From: Gracilinanus agilis
Taxonomy: Eukaryota
Length of the DNA stretch: 63,884 bases
Reading direction: 5' to 3'
Assembly: GCF_016433145.1 (NCBI RefSeq)
Contig: NC_058130.1
Coordinates: forward strand, 95,970,622 to 96,034,505
Made by a program: the position numbers and the translations under genes. Under the pieces are notes generated by a model. The model made no database searches. It was given only the letters and a program-made list of their open reading frames with translations, and was not told the DNA's origin. Position 1 is the first letter of the stretch. Each line of letters starts with the position of its first letter. Of this stretch, positions 1 through 11,964 are shown piece after piece.

Positions 1-194
1 GGAGCGATACTTTTGCCCTCAATATGAAAGCCAAGACATCAATGTCCTGTGACTTCTGACCTGGCCTTTGGCAGTCCTGAAAGAATATGGAAGGGATCAG
101 AAGGTGCTATCAAAGACACAGGAGCTGCTGACCTTGAGATACAATGCCACCACTACCACCCATTTTGCTGTTCTTTATGCCCACGTGCTCAACT

Positions 195-533
195 TGTAAC
201 AAGGCCCAGAATTTGAAACTTCCCTAGAGACACATAACATAGTGTGTAATAGGTGACCTCTGGGAAGAAGATGGAGACCAGTTTGAGTGGCAGATCGTCA
301 GTTTTAGAACTTAGAATTTACCCAGATGGCATGAGACAGGGGCAAAAGACAGTTGAGACCACCTCTATAAAAGCCCAGGGTCAGAAGGCTTCAGGGTCTC
401 CTTCTTGAGAAAGGGCTCATGGGGGGTGAAGAGTGGGTAGGCCTATAGACCTGCATGTCCAGCACCCATACCTAATTGTCTCATAATATCCATTGACCTA
501 TTACTAAATAAGGCTGAGAGATAAGCATCAACA
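195..533 (+). mobile_element. Possible solo LTR (unclassified)
   Basis: Begins TGTAAC and ends ..CAACA, with a TATA-like ctataaaag near 365 and an aataag poly(A)-like signal near the end. No matching TSD found. Confidence 0.3.
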
Positions 534-3097
534 CGTGCTATCAAGAAGACTATCACCAGCCCTTCCTTTCACTTGGTCTACCAAGGCCGGATCTGACCAG
601 GGTCTGGGAGGGAGAGAAGCCTCTCCAGCAGGCTGCCAACTTGTTACTTATTGGTTATCTTAATCTAACCCCCATAGGTTTAACAGAGCCATCCCCAACA
701 CCACTTTCCTTGTCCTGAATCCTAACCTTTTGAATTATAGCATTAAACCCTTTGAAATATATCTCAAGTGAAGACTGATATCTTTCCTAGAGCAAGTGAA
801 TAATTACAGCCAAAGGGGAAAGGGGAATTTACCTAAATGGCAGTCATTGGGCGTTATCCAACTCAATATCAATACCATCCTCTAACCTAACCCCAAGCCA
901 GGGAACCAGAGGAGCTGTGTGAAGAATATATGGCTCCTCCCTTGATAACTTTGGCTTGGGCACTGTTTGTGGGGTCAGGTGCCTAGCTGAGCTAAGCTAA
1001 GCCTAGCTAAGCCCTGGAGGTTACCAGCACACTTTGGTGGCCACCCAGGCATCCCTGTCCTCACTCAGCCTAGATCCATCTAGGGATCTTGGGCCAGCTA
1101 GTCAGGCTCATCCAACAGAAGCACGTACCTCCTTGTATAACAATGGGCAAGCTGAGATAAACAAGAAAGTAACCCAGAATGACATGGAGAGGAGAAGCCC
1201 CTGGGAATCCAACCTGTAAAGCAGAGAGGGTGCTCTAAAGAAAGCTGTGTGAGGGCTCCATGAAGAGAGAAGAGACTTTCAGGCTCCGCACTACCAGGAG
1301 TTGAGAATTGCCTTTGCCACACATGTGTCTTCCTGCCATTAGGTTTCAAGTCTGAGCTACTCTTTCCAAGGAAAAGCATAATGTAGTGGATAAGGTATAG
1401 TAGACTAAGAAACAAGAAGTTGTGGATTTGAATTCTACTTCACTCTCCATGAGACCATGGGCAAATCACTTATCCTCTCTGTATCTCAGTCTCATTATCT
1501 AAAAACTGAGCCTCAGTCTCCAGGTTCCCTACTCTGCCTCCCCTTCTCTCTGATTCCTACCATTATCTCCAACCCAGGAACAGCCAGTAAGTTTAGGGCA
1601 ATACATCAAGGATTTGTAACTGTGTTAGTATGGGGACTCCCTCCAACAATGCAGATCACGACCCTTTAGTAATTTAGCAGTCAGTCATCAAGATGTACCA
1701 CAACTAAACCATCTATTGTCCTAATGCCAGCCTAGATCAATGACCTCTTCCCTTCCAAATACAGATCTAAGAAACTATGATCCATTGAGGTTATATGTAT
1801 TTAGGGAAAGTTTGCTCTGTGTTTATAGGGGGAATATTCCATGGTTACTATTTCACTCTATCATCTTAGTAAATACCTTTGCTAAGAGCGAATTGTAGCT
1901 ACTGGCTGATTGGTCATGGGAAGCAATATTGGTGGGGATGCGTGAGTTTATGGTGTTGGAAGTATAGTTCCATAGGGTTAGTCTCTAGAAACTGAGATAT
2001 TAGCCACCCTCTTAGGACCCAAGTGGAAGGGCAATTTGAGGGAATAACCCCAAGGGGATACTATATTATGAACCTATGTATACTATGAACCTTCTCTGCT
2101 ACTCCATGACCCTTGCCCCATCCCCATTGTTCTCTGCTTTGAGGAGTGGGGAGGGATGCTGCCAAAGAGGAGGACTGAGGTCACCTTCAAGAGGGATATG
2201 CAGATGGGAAAAGCAAAGGTCAAAGCCTTGGAAGTGACCATCATGATGCCTTTCATCCATCCCCTGTGAGTGAGAATTTCCTGGGGCTAAAGCCAAGCTT
2301 AGTAGTCATTCAAGATGTGGAGAGTGGAGCTAAAGGCCATTACGAAGGAGAGAGAGCCAAGAGGAATCAGGATGTAAGGCAGGAGTGTCCTGGGAGCTAG
2401 TGGTGGTTTCTGGGCTAAGAAGAGGAAGAAGTTTGTAGACACGTCCCTCCCCCTCTGCCCCTGGAAGTTGGAGAAGGAGCCAATCCTAAGGCCTGACCTG
2501 AAGCCACTCTAAGTTATGGGGCCCAGCGGCTTGGGCTGGGCAGGGCTTCTGGGCCAATGTGCAGAAGGCAAGTGAACTTGTCCCGAGTCTATGAAACCCA
2601 ATCTCTAACCTTCATCCCACATTCCAGCGCCAAAGCCTTCTGGGGAGAGGGAGCTATGCATACTAAATGGGCGCTCTGGGCTCACCTCAACTGCATTCCA
2701 GGCATGTCCTAGCAAACCCTCGCTGCAAAAAGCCTGGCCTCCTCTTTCCCCCTCCACCCCAGCTTCCATGACTAAGCATTCCCAGGACCGAGAAGAAGGG
2801 TGAGGGAAGACATGGCAAGATGCAATGTTGTTTTCCTGAAGATTCCAGGAGGACAGGATTCTTTGAAGGCAGGTTGCCACACATGGCTTAGCTAGGTGAC
2901 TGGCTCTCCCTCTAGTCTAAATTCCTTCTCTCCGTCTCTAGGTTCCCTACAATGACCATTTGCCTCCTTTTTTGCCTGGTTCCTACTTTAGGCCAATACT
3001 TCAAAGATTTGTAATTGTGTTGCTATGGGGACTTCCGCAGGCAGTGCAGATTATGGTTATTTAGCCATCGATCATCCAGGACAGCTAGCTAGCTAGC

Positions 3098-3303
3098 GCT
3101 GGAGCCAGAAACACTCCTCTTCTTGGATTCAAATCTGGCCTCAGACACTTACTAGCTATGTGACCCTGGGCAAGTCACTTAACCCTACTTGCCTCAGTTT
3201 CCTCCTCTGTAAGAGGACATGCAAATCATTCCAGTATCTTTGCCAAGAAAACCCCAAATGGGGTCACGAAGAGTCAGACACAACAAAAAAAATGACTGAA
3301 CAA
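3098..3303 (+). mobile_element. MAR1-type marsupial CORE-SINE
   Basis: CORE segment (ttcaaatctggcctcagacacttactagctatgtgaccctgggcaagtcacttaacc) followed by the RTE-derived tail gccaagaaaaccccaaatggggtcacgaagagtcagacacaac. Confidence 0.8.
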
Positions 3304-3984
3304 TTAAGAAAGCAATCCTTTGTCCTCTAGCCAGCCTGGGGATACGCTCCTGAACTTGGCTGGGTTGGTCCTTGGACAGAAGGCTTACCCAAAGTCCATC
3401 AGGAGGCCGGTGAGTTGCGGGCTGGAAATCTTTCCCCACCAAGTACTTCTTGCACCAAGTACCTTCGGTGACACGTTCGTGAAGGAAGACCTGGGAGGCA
3501 CCCTGGCAGTATACTGTTGTAAGCAGTGGGGAGTCAGCTCCCAACACCCAGAAAAAACTTTGAAGTCAGAAAGAAGCCATTTAGTTCATGTTACAAATGA
3601 GGAAACCAGCTCAGAGAAATGAAGAGATTTGCTCAAGATTGTGCCAATTAGCCGCATCCCAGACTTGGAACTGAGTGAGGTCCAGGCTCTTTTCAGGAGA
3701 CTCCAAATTCTCCCCAGGGCATATCTGGATTAATATGGGGTGGTCCTGGTACCTTGCCTGGAGCACTGCTGACATTCACCAACCAATATGAGGCTATTAA
3801 TTTTCATGTCATCTTCCTACCCTGAACTATCACCAGTTCTGCTCACCAAGAGCAGCCTGGTCAGACCAATCCGATTCAGTTAAATATATTTCAAATCAAT
3901 TAGTTAAACATCTAAAGAGCCTCTATGAGGTGCGAGGCTTTGGTGACACCAAGATGAAAAACAACGGAGCACCTGGCCTCAAAG

Positions 3985-4130
3985 AGGAGAGGTCCTGGGT
4001 TCAAATCTGACCTCAGACACTTCCAAACTGGGTGATCTTGGGCAAGTCATTTAACCTCCATTGCCTAGCTCTTACCACTCTTCTGCCTTGGAACCAATAC
4101 ACAGGAGCAATTCTAAGATGGAAGGTAAGG
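3985..4130 (+). mobile_element. Opossum SINE-1-like, 5' truncated
   Basis: gaggtcctgggttcaaatctgacctcagacactt...ttaccactcttctgccttggaaccaatacac...gatggaaggtaagg, the diagnostic opossum SINE tail. Confidence 0.8.
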
Positions 4131-4479
4131 CGTTGTTTTTGTTTTTTTTTTAAAGAGGTTAGAGTTTACAAGAGGGAATATGACATAGATAAGAAAAGAG
4201 GTGGATGAGGGCTATGAGGCAAAGGAGACATCCCGTGTGCTCAGGAGAAACTAGAGAAGACAGAAACACTTTAGGCTAGGACAGCGAACACCCACTGGGA
4301 AAGGCTTCATAGTAGAGGTGATACCAGAGCTAAGCCTTGAAGGAAAAGGAGGACTTTTAACAATTGAGTTTTGCACTAGGAAAAGAGGATTCCACATTGG
4401 GAATTCCCCTCCCCAATGAAATCACCATCTGAACTCCTATCCCACCCATCCCACCAAAAGGATTGCTTTTCTTTCTTTC

Positions 4480-4686
4480 TTTTTTTTTTTTAAACTCTTA
4501 CCTTCCATCTTGGAATCAATACTATGTATTGGTTTCAAGGCAGAAAAGCAGTAAGGACTAGGCAAAGGGAGTTAAGTGACTTGCCCAGGGTCACACAGCT
4601 AGGAAATGTCTGAGGCCAAATTTGAACCCAGGATCCCCTGTCTCCAGCCCTGGTTCTCTATCCACTGAGAAACCTAACTGCTCCCC
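4480..4686 (-). mobile_element. Opossum SINE-1-like
   Basis: Poly-T, then aaactcttaccttccatcttggaatcaatact...ctatccactgag: reverse complement of the SINE family. Confidence 0.85.
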
Positions 4687-4759
4687 TACCCTCCCTCCCC
4701 CGATCAGTTTTCAATATAATCTGAACGGGGAGAGAATATTAATGTTTAGGGGGGAAATG

Positions 4760-5490
4760 GACTCCCTTACTTTGAGAAAAGGCATTAAATATCAATAACT
4801 ACTGCCCATATTTCCACTTTCCCATCTCTACAAAAATTATGAGAATTATTTACACTCCTAGAAGGTATACATAGAATAGAAAAGGCAGGCTTTCACAGAC
4901 AATATTCTATAGCAGATCACATCTGTACAGTCTCACAATGATGGAAATGCACAACTGTGAGATCCTACTGAGTTTAGTATGTGTTAATGATTAAAAATTT
5001 AATTTCATAGAGCCAAATAGCTCCTTAAATCTTCACTCTCATAATGGTATCTCTCCATGCATATATCAAGATCATATCGGATTCCTTAAAAGGCCTTTCA
5101 AAGAAAACCGTAATGACCTTCTGATTAGAAATCAAGTAAGGCTACTATCTTGAAGGATGTCCATTGCAGAGATCAAATAGAAGAGGAATTCCCTATGCCT
5201 GTGAGGTCCTCCAGATGCTCTTGGACATGGATGACATCCTACTGCTTGCATCAAATCACAGAATGTTGCTAAACTCATAATCACTCAAAAGTTGGGCCTG
5301 CCTGTCCATACAAGAAAAACCAACCGGAGGCAGAATGCCTAGCAGCCAGTCCCCATATCTTGAACAGACAATAAACACGTATCTTGGAAGGATGATAAAC
5401 TGGAATAGAAGAATGGGATTTCTTGTACTATATTTGGGAAATTGTGCAGTGTTTTAAACGATCTCAAGTTTTCCCCTGAAATGAAGGCCT
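4760..5490 (+). mobile_element. Ancient RTE-clade LINE fragment (RTE1_Mars-like), reverse transcriptase region
   Basis: About 5200-5280 translates to EVLQMLLDMDDILLLASNHR, a decayed RT (Y/F)ADD motif of the RTE type, followed by cataatcactcaaaagttgggcctg..tccatacaagaaaaaccaa. Confidence 0.65.
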
Positions 5491-5499
5491 GTCTTCTTG

Positions 5500-5698
5500 T
5501 GTTTAACCTTCATTTTTCATCTTAGAATCAATGTTGTATATTGGTTCCAAAGCAGAAGAGTGATAAGGGCTAGGTGATGGGAGTTAAATGACTTGCCCAG
5601 GGTCACACAGCTAAGAAGTGTCTGAGGTCAGATTTGAACCCAAGACTTGTATTCTCTGGGTCTGGCTTTCAATCCACTGAGCCACCTAGCCTCCCCCC
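5500..5698 (-). mobile_element. Opossum SINE-1-like
   Basis: tcttagaatcaatgttgtatattggttccaaagcagaagagtg...atccactgagccacctagc. Confidence 0.85.
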
Positions 5699-5751
5699 TG
5701 CAACACTTTGCTACCACTTTGATAGATATGAGTCTGTTGATAGTATATCAC

Positions 5752-5916
5752 CAGATTGAGAGTCAGGCCTAGAGACGGGAGATCCTAGGTACAAATCTGG
5801 CCTCAGATACTTCCCAGCTGTGTGACCTTGGGCAAGTCATTTGACCCCCATTGCCCACCCTTACCACTCTTCCACCTAAGAGCCAATACACAGAAGTTAA
5901 GGGTTTAAAAAAAAAT
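5752..5916 (+). mobile_element. Opossum SINE (short-tail subfamily)
   Basis: gattgagagtcaggcctagagacgggag...ccaatacacagaagttaagggtttaaaaaaaaa. Confidence 0.85.
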
Positions 5917-6539
5917 AGTATATCACCAGTAGAGAATCATAGAGACAAAGGATCAAAAAGGAGATCAAGAGAGGCATATTTGGCTGGTAAAGTAGGTGCA
6001 CCAGTTATAAGGTAAAAGCAAGGAAGAGTCCGTTCTACCAGCTTCTCTGCTTGGTGTAAGCTCATCATTCAGGGAGTTCGCCTCCGCTTTGGCACACACT
6101 TCTTTTCGGTGTTCTCAGCTGCTTTGATTGAAGAGTGTGAGGGCAGAGCAGAGTTCCTCCCATAGCCTCCCTTTCCAGAGAGCTCAAAATCCCCCACCTC
6201 CCTTAACTTGCCACATGCCCCTTGCCCTCAGCCTCCCTCAACCTCCCTTTCCGGCCTCATTTAGTGTATGTTCTTTCCCATTAGACTGCAAGCTCCTTGA
6301 AGGCAAGTTCTCTCTTTTGGTTTTCTTCTCCCCAGAGGTTAGCCCAGTGATGGCACGTGCTAGGCACTTAGTAACGAATACTCCATACGTGCTCCACTGC
6401 GTGATGGATGTCAAGAGAGCTAGAGGAAGACCCTGAGCATGTCGGGTGAACCCTTTGCAGGCGATTTAGGGAAGAACGTGGACTAAAGCCAGACGGTATC
6501 CTCGTTGTCCCTCCTCCCCTCATTTCCCTGGCACAAGGG

Positions 6540-7605
6540 AGAAGTTGGGGTTCTCCCCTGGACCCTCTTCTCTTCTCCCTCTGTAGTCCTGCACTTGGTG
6601 ATCTCATCGGCTCCCACGGACTGAACGACCCCCTCTCTGCTGCTGATTCTCAGATCTGCCTCTCTGCTGACCTCCGGGCTTACAGACTTTTCAAACTGGA
6701 TGTCCAGTAGACATCTTAAATTCAGCATGTCCGAAACAAAACCCATTCTCTTTCCTCTGAACCCTCCCCGAGTCCTGCCTTCCCTTTTACTGTAGAGGAA
6801 AACACCGTTTTTGCAGTCCTTCGGACTCACAAGCTAGGGGACTCCTCCCCGTCTCTCACCCCGCCACATCCAGCTGTTGCCAACACCTATTGCTTTCCCC
6901 TCTGCAACATCTCCCAAACGTGCCCTCTCTCTACTCTGATGTTCCCAAGCCCATGGAGTAGCCCTTCATCACTTCACACCTGGACTGTTGCAATAGCTAC
7001 TGGTGGCTCTGCCTGCCCCAAGCCTCTCCCCCTTCCAACCCGTCCTCCATTCAGCCCCTAAAGTGATTTTCCTAAATGGGAGACCTGATCTCCCTCCTCT
7101 CCTCCTTTGCCCCACTTAGACGCTAAGCCCCAGTGGCTTCCTGTTGCCTCTAGGAACAAACACAAAACGTTCTCTTTGGTATCTAAAGCCCTTCATAACT
7201 TAGCCCCTTCCTCCTTTTCCAGTCTTCTTACTCCTTACTCCCAACATGCACTCTTCAATCCAGTGACCTCTACCAACCAGAGCCTCCATCTCTTGGCTCC
7301 TGGCATTTTTCCTGGCAGAGCTCCACGGCTTTCTTTAATTTCCAACTGAAATCCCACCTTCTACAGGAAGACTTCCACAAACCCTCTTGATGACAGTGCC
7401 TTCTCTTTGCTAATTATTTCCTATTTCTCCTGTGATCTAGCCTGATTTATTTGCAGGTTGTCTCGCCCAGTAGATTATGAGCTCCTTGAGGGCAGAGACT
7501 ATCTTTTGCCTGTTTTTTTTTTTATTTGTTTGTCTGTTTTTATCTCTAGCACTTAACACAGTGCCTGGAACATAGCAGGTGCTTAATAAATATTTATTGA
7601 TAAAT
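6540..7605 (+). mobile_element. L2 LINE 3' portion
   Basis: L2 hallmarks: cttggtgatctcatc.gctcccac, actggatgtccagtagacatcttaaattcagcatgtcc, and the terminus cacagtgcctggaacatagcaggtgcttaataaat. Confidence 0.8.
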
Positions 7606-7679
7606 GTATTAATCATTATTCCTTTTCCACAACTTTCATTATTTTTTCCTTTACTTGGGACTCAATATCCCCTTAAAGC

Positions 7680-8190
7680 ACAGATCTGGCCATCATCCCA
7701 CTGCCCTGCACCTCCAGGATCAAATTTTAAATCTTTTATTCGGCATTCAAAGCTTTTCATACCCTACTCCCCTTCTCTGCTTCCAGTCTTCTTATACTTT
7801 ATCTCCACATGGTCCAAGCTCCAGCAATCATGGCCTCTTCACTGTACCTCCCATAAAACACTCCATCTACTGACTAGGCATGTTCTCTCACTCTCCGCCA
7901 TGTTTTTAATGCTCTTTCTCCTCATCTCTTTGGCTTCCTTCAAGGCCCAACTAAAATTCCACCTTCTGCAAGAAGCCTCTCTTGATCCCCTTTAATGTTA
8001 GTGCCTTCTCTCTGTAAATTATTTCTAATTTCTCGTGCAGAGAATTGGTTTATACACAAGTGCTTGCATGTTGGCTCCACTATTAGACTGTGGGTTTCAT
8101 GAGGTCAGGGAGGGACTTTTGCTCATTGTATCTGCAGAGCTTAGCACGGTGCTTGGCACAGAGTAAGCACCTAATGAATGCTTTTTGACA
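7680..8190 (+). mobile_element. L2 3' fragment
   Basis: ttccttcaaggcccaactaaaattccaccttctgcaagaagcc and the end cttagcacggtgcttggcacagagtaagcacctaatgaatgc. Confidence 0.7.
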
Positions 8191-8349
8191 ACTTCTAGTG
8201 ACTTTTTTATTTGCATTGTTGCAATCCGAGGATGGATTTGAACTCAGGTCTTCCTGACTCCAGGTCCAGAGCTCTATCTGTAGCATCACCTAGATAGCCC
8301 TAGTGACAACCTAAGTTCCTCAACCTAGGGACAGTTCTGGGCCAATGAG

Positions 8350-8635
8350 TGTTCGTTGTTGTGGTTCACTCATTGGGTCGTGTCTGGTTCTTCGTGTCCC
8401 TCCCACAGGGCCTTATCACACTGATATTGTCCACAGGGTTTTCTTGGCAAAGATGCTGGAGTGGTTGGTTTGCCATTTTCTTCTCCAGTTCATATTGCAA
8501 ATGAGGAAGAGGAGTCAAACAGAGTAAAGTGACTAGTCCAAGGTCACCTAGCTAGTAAGTGTCTGAGGCCAGATTTGGACTCGGGAAGATGAGAGTTCCT
8601 GATTCCAGGTCCAGTAAGTTCTGACCGTTGTGCCT
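8350..8635 (-). mobile_element. MAR1-type SINE
   Basis: gttttcttggcaaagatgctggagtggttggtttgccattttcttctccag followed by the CORE reverse complement. Confidence 0.8.
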
Positions 8636-8829
8636 CTGACAAATCCCTATTCTTTTCTCCATGTTAGAACAGGAAAGGAGATGAGAGCACATCCAGTCCA
8701 AACCCTTGGCTGGTTGGATGAAGAAACTGAGGCACAGAAGAGAAGTGGCTGCTCCAAAGTCCCCCACAATGAGTCAGCAGAGAGTCATGGCAGCCCTTGT
8801 TCTCCAAGGGTGCATCGTCTGAAGGGGGA

Positions 8830-9760
8830 GACAACAAGCATATAGCTATGTATGAAGAAGATACAGGCAGGATAAATTAGAGACGATCTCGGAGAGGAGG
8901 GATTCAGGGAGATCAGGAAGGCCTTCTGGCTAGAAAAAAGGATTTTAGCTGGAAGGAAGACTGGAAGGAAGAGATTAGGAGAGAATTAAAGGCATGAGGC
9001 AGATAGGGCAGCCAATGAAAATGCATGGAATTGGGAGATGGAGTATCATGTGCAAGTAAAGCCAGAAGGCCGATAGCCCTGCAACCTAGAGGACATGACA
9101 GTGAATAAGGTATAAGGAAGACTTGGTAAGGTAAGAAGGGGTTATGAAGAGCTTTGAACATCCAACAGAGGATTGTACCTTTGATCTTGGAGATAATAGG
9201 GAGCCATTGGAGCTTAGGTGGGATGGTCAGTCTGCTTTAGAAGGACCACTTTGGGGCAGCTAGATGGTACAGTGGATAGAGTGCTGGGCCTAGAGTCAGG
9301 AAGACTTGAGTTCAAATCTGGCCTCAGACCCTGACTAGCTGTGTGACCTTGGACAAGTCACTTAACTCCGTTGGTCTCAGTTTCCTCATCTGAAAAATGA
9401 GCTGGAGAAGGAAATGGCAAACCACTTGATATCTCTGCCAAGAAACCCCCAAATGGGGTCACAAGGAATTGGATATAAGTGAAAAAAAAGGAGAAAAAGG
9501 ATCACTTTGATAGCTGAGAAGAAGATAGGCTGGAATGAGGAAGGACCATGCAGCAGGTTTTCGAAATAGTTAAAGCATGAGGGCCTACATTAGAGTGGTG
9601 GCACTGTCAGCCAAGAGAAGGAAGCCCATTTGAGAGATGCTGCAAAGATACACTGACAGGTTATGGGAGGGTGAGAGAGAGTGAGAATTGAGAATGACAC
9701 CTAGGTGTCCAGAAAGATGGTGGTACCCTAAATGGTAATAAAGAAGTTAGGAAGAAGGAC
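8830..9760 (-). mobile_element. L2 fragment interrupted by a MAR1 copy (about 9253-9490, + strand)
   Basis: Purine-rich L2 antisense sequence (atagggagccattggag..., gagaattgagaatgacacctagg) flanks ggggcagctagatgg...ccaagaaacccccaaatggggtcacaag. Confidence 0.65.
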
Positions 9761-9823
9761 ATCTTTGGGAAAGGGGCTAGTTCCACAGATTTGGAGGGCA
9801 AGAGACCTTAGAAGTCATCCTTT

Positions 9824-10049
9824 GGGGCAGCTGGGTAGCTCAGAGGATTGAGAGTCAAGCCTAGAGATGATAGGTCCTAGGTTTAAATCTGGCCTCAGAC
9901 ACTTCCCAGCTGTGTGACCCTGGACAAGTCACTTGACCCCAATTGCCTATCCCTTAACACTCTTCTGCCTTAGAGTCAATACATAGTATTGATTCTAAGA
10001 TGGAAGGTAAGGGTTTAAAAATTAAATTAAATTAAATTAAATTAAAAAT
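9824..10049 (+). mobile_element. Full-length opossum SINE-1 with TSD
   Basis: Starts ggggcagctgggtagctcag, has a (TAAAT)n tail, and is flanked by TSD aagtcatcctt at 9812-9822 and 10050-10060. Confidence 0.9.
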
Positions 10050-10257
10050 AAGTCATCCTTAAAGGTAAGAAAATTAAGGCCCAATTTCCCAATAAGAGAA
10101 ATGACTTGTTCAAGGTCTCACCTAGTAAGGAGCAGAGCTAGGATTCAAATTCAGGTCCTCTTACTCCAGATTCAGTTATTTCATTGTACCATGTTGTCTT
10201 TTACAGACCCAGGTTTCCTGATTTTAAAACCAGTGCTCTTTCCAATATGAAGGCACT

Positions 10258-10640
10258 TGGGGTAGTTCAGGGGCTCAGTAGATAGAGAGAGGGGAGGTCC
10301 TGGGTTCAAATCTGCTCTCAGACACTTCCTAGGCAAGTCACTTAACCCCAATTGCCTAACCCTTACTGCTCTTGTGCCTTGGTACCAATACTCCATCAGT
10401 TCTAAGACAGAAGGTAAAGTTGTTTTTTTTTTAGATTTTTTTTTTTAAACCCTTGTACTTTGGTGTATTGTCTCATTGGTGGAAGATTGGTAAGGGTGGG
10501 CAATGGGGGTCAAGTGACTTGCCCAGGGCCACACAGCTGGGAAGTGGCTGAGGCCGGGTTTGAACCTAGGACCTCCTGTCTCTAGGCCTGACTCTCACTC
10601 CACTGAGCTACCCAACTGCCCCCAGAAGGCAAAGTTTTTA
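10258..10640. mobile_element. + strand SINE with a - strand SINE (about 10422-10623) inserted in its tail
   Basis: The inner SINE is flanked by agaaggtaaagtt (10409-10421) and agaaggcaaagtt (10624-10636). Confidence 0.8.
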
Positions 10641-10819
10641 AAAAAAGTCACTTAGCCTCTGCCTCAGTTTCCTCAGCTGTAAAATGGGTATAATAAGACC
10701 CGCCTTTCAAGATGGTTGTGAGGATCACCTAAGATCCCATTTGTAAAGTACTTGGCACACAGTAGGTGCTTTATAAGAGCTTGTTTCCTACCTTCCTCCG
10801 GGGAGTCTGGGGGAGTCTG

Positions 10820-11920
10820 GGGGAGTCGGGATGGAGGCAGTAGGCCTTGCAGGTTGTAGGGGACCTCCCTAGAGAGGACACTGTGGCCCAGGCGAGCAGT
10901 ATGAAGCCAGGTGCAGAGGTGGGAAGGCTAGAGGAGCTCGTGCCAGCTAGCAGAGAAAGGACCTGCAGGGCCACGGGGCGAGGCCTCTGGAACGGCTGGG
11001 CAGGGAAGGCTCCGGTGCCGGGGTTAGGCAGCTGCCCCGTGATGCCCTGGCGGGCAAGCAGAGCTACTTCTGGCTCGGGTGGCACCAAGCCCTGGAGGGC
11101 AGAAGGGGGGGAGAGGACAAGGCAGGACCCCCAGGGGTACCCGGCAGAGGGGGGCAAAGGGAGGAATGAAGGGAAAGGCACCCCCAAGCCCAGAGGCGGG
11201 GAATTCCCGGGGATGACCCCAGCTCCTTTCCTACCCGGCTCCCCTAACCAGCTCCCCCCCCTCCCCAGGGGCCTCCCTTCACAGCAGAATCACCAGCGAG
11301 AGGAGCTGGAGGTTGGTGCTAAGGGCTGGCACTGCAGGCCTGCCTGGCTTTTATGGCTTTGATTCCAGCCCCGTGAAAAATGCAGCCTAATGATTCCCCG
11401 AGTAATCCCATTCCCGCGCCCTGGGGAGAGGGGGGCCAGGGGAAGGGGAGAATCTGAACAGCTGGGACCCCCTCCTTTCCCCATCCTCCTCCTGCCCCCG
11501 CCCAACCACATCCCCCTGCTCCATAGGAGCAGCGAGCTGGAACCGCCGAGGCCGAGTCTGCTTCTAATTATGATGGATGGTGATTATTTTTTTTTAAATT
11601 ATGTTTCAGGGTTTGTAATATTGGTAATAGCAGGCTAAGACGGGCTGGGAATGGGAATCCCCCTCCCCCAGAGCCCCGTCTCCTCCTGCCCCCATCCCCT
11701 TCTCTTCTGGGCCCTCCCGTCGTCCTCCAGCCGCCACCAAACCTGGGCTACGGCGCTGACTCCACGGCCGGCCGCTCTGCCCCCAGTTTCTCCCACAAGC
11801 CTGGGATGGGGCCTTCCCTGGGAAGGCCGGACAGAGGCCTCGGGGTCTCTACTCATACACAGGACCCAGCCTCCACGCAGGCCCTTTCCTTCTCTGTCAC
11901 GGGTCCTGGGAGAGCGGTGC
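10820..11920. promoter_or_regulatory. CpG-island-like block with a homeodomain motif cluster (putative enhancer or promoter)
   Basis: GC-rich, CpG-retaining non-repeat DNA containing TTTTATGG 11349, CTTTGAT 11357, TAATGA 11388, TAATCC 11403, TAATTA+TGATGGATGG 11565-11580 and GGGGAATTCCC near 11197. Confidence 0.55.
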
Positions 11921-11964
11921 AACAACCAGGGCTTTTCTGGGGTGGGAGAGATTTGGAACCCCAG

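Noticed and set aside
4399-4408. Palindromic kB site GGGAATTCCC
   Set aside because: An isolated 10-mer between repeats with no supporting context.
6030-6170. Possible short terminal exons (AENTEKKCVPKRRRTP* on -, ALIEECEGRAEFLP* on +)
   Set aside because: Splice-like signals occur on both strands, there is no recognisable homology, and the segment abuts repeat remnants.
10771-11925. Long overlapping ORFs (138, 171, 117 and 96 aa) in the GC-rich block
   Set aside because: These are expected in GC-rich, stop-poor DNA. The peptides are low-complexity (P/G/R/S/L) with no recognisable domain.
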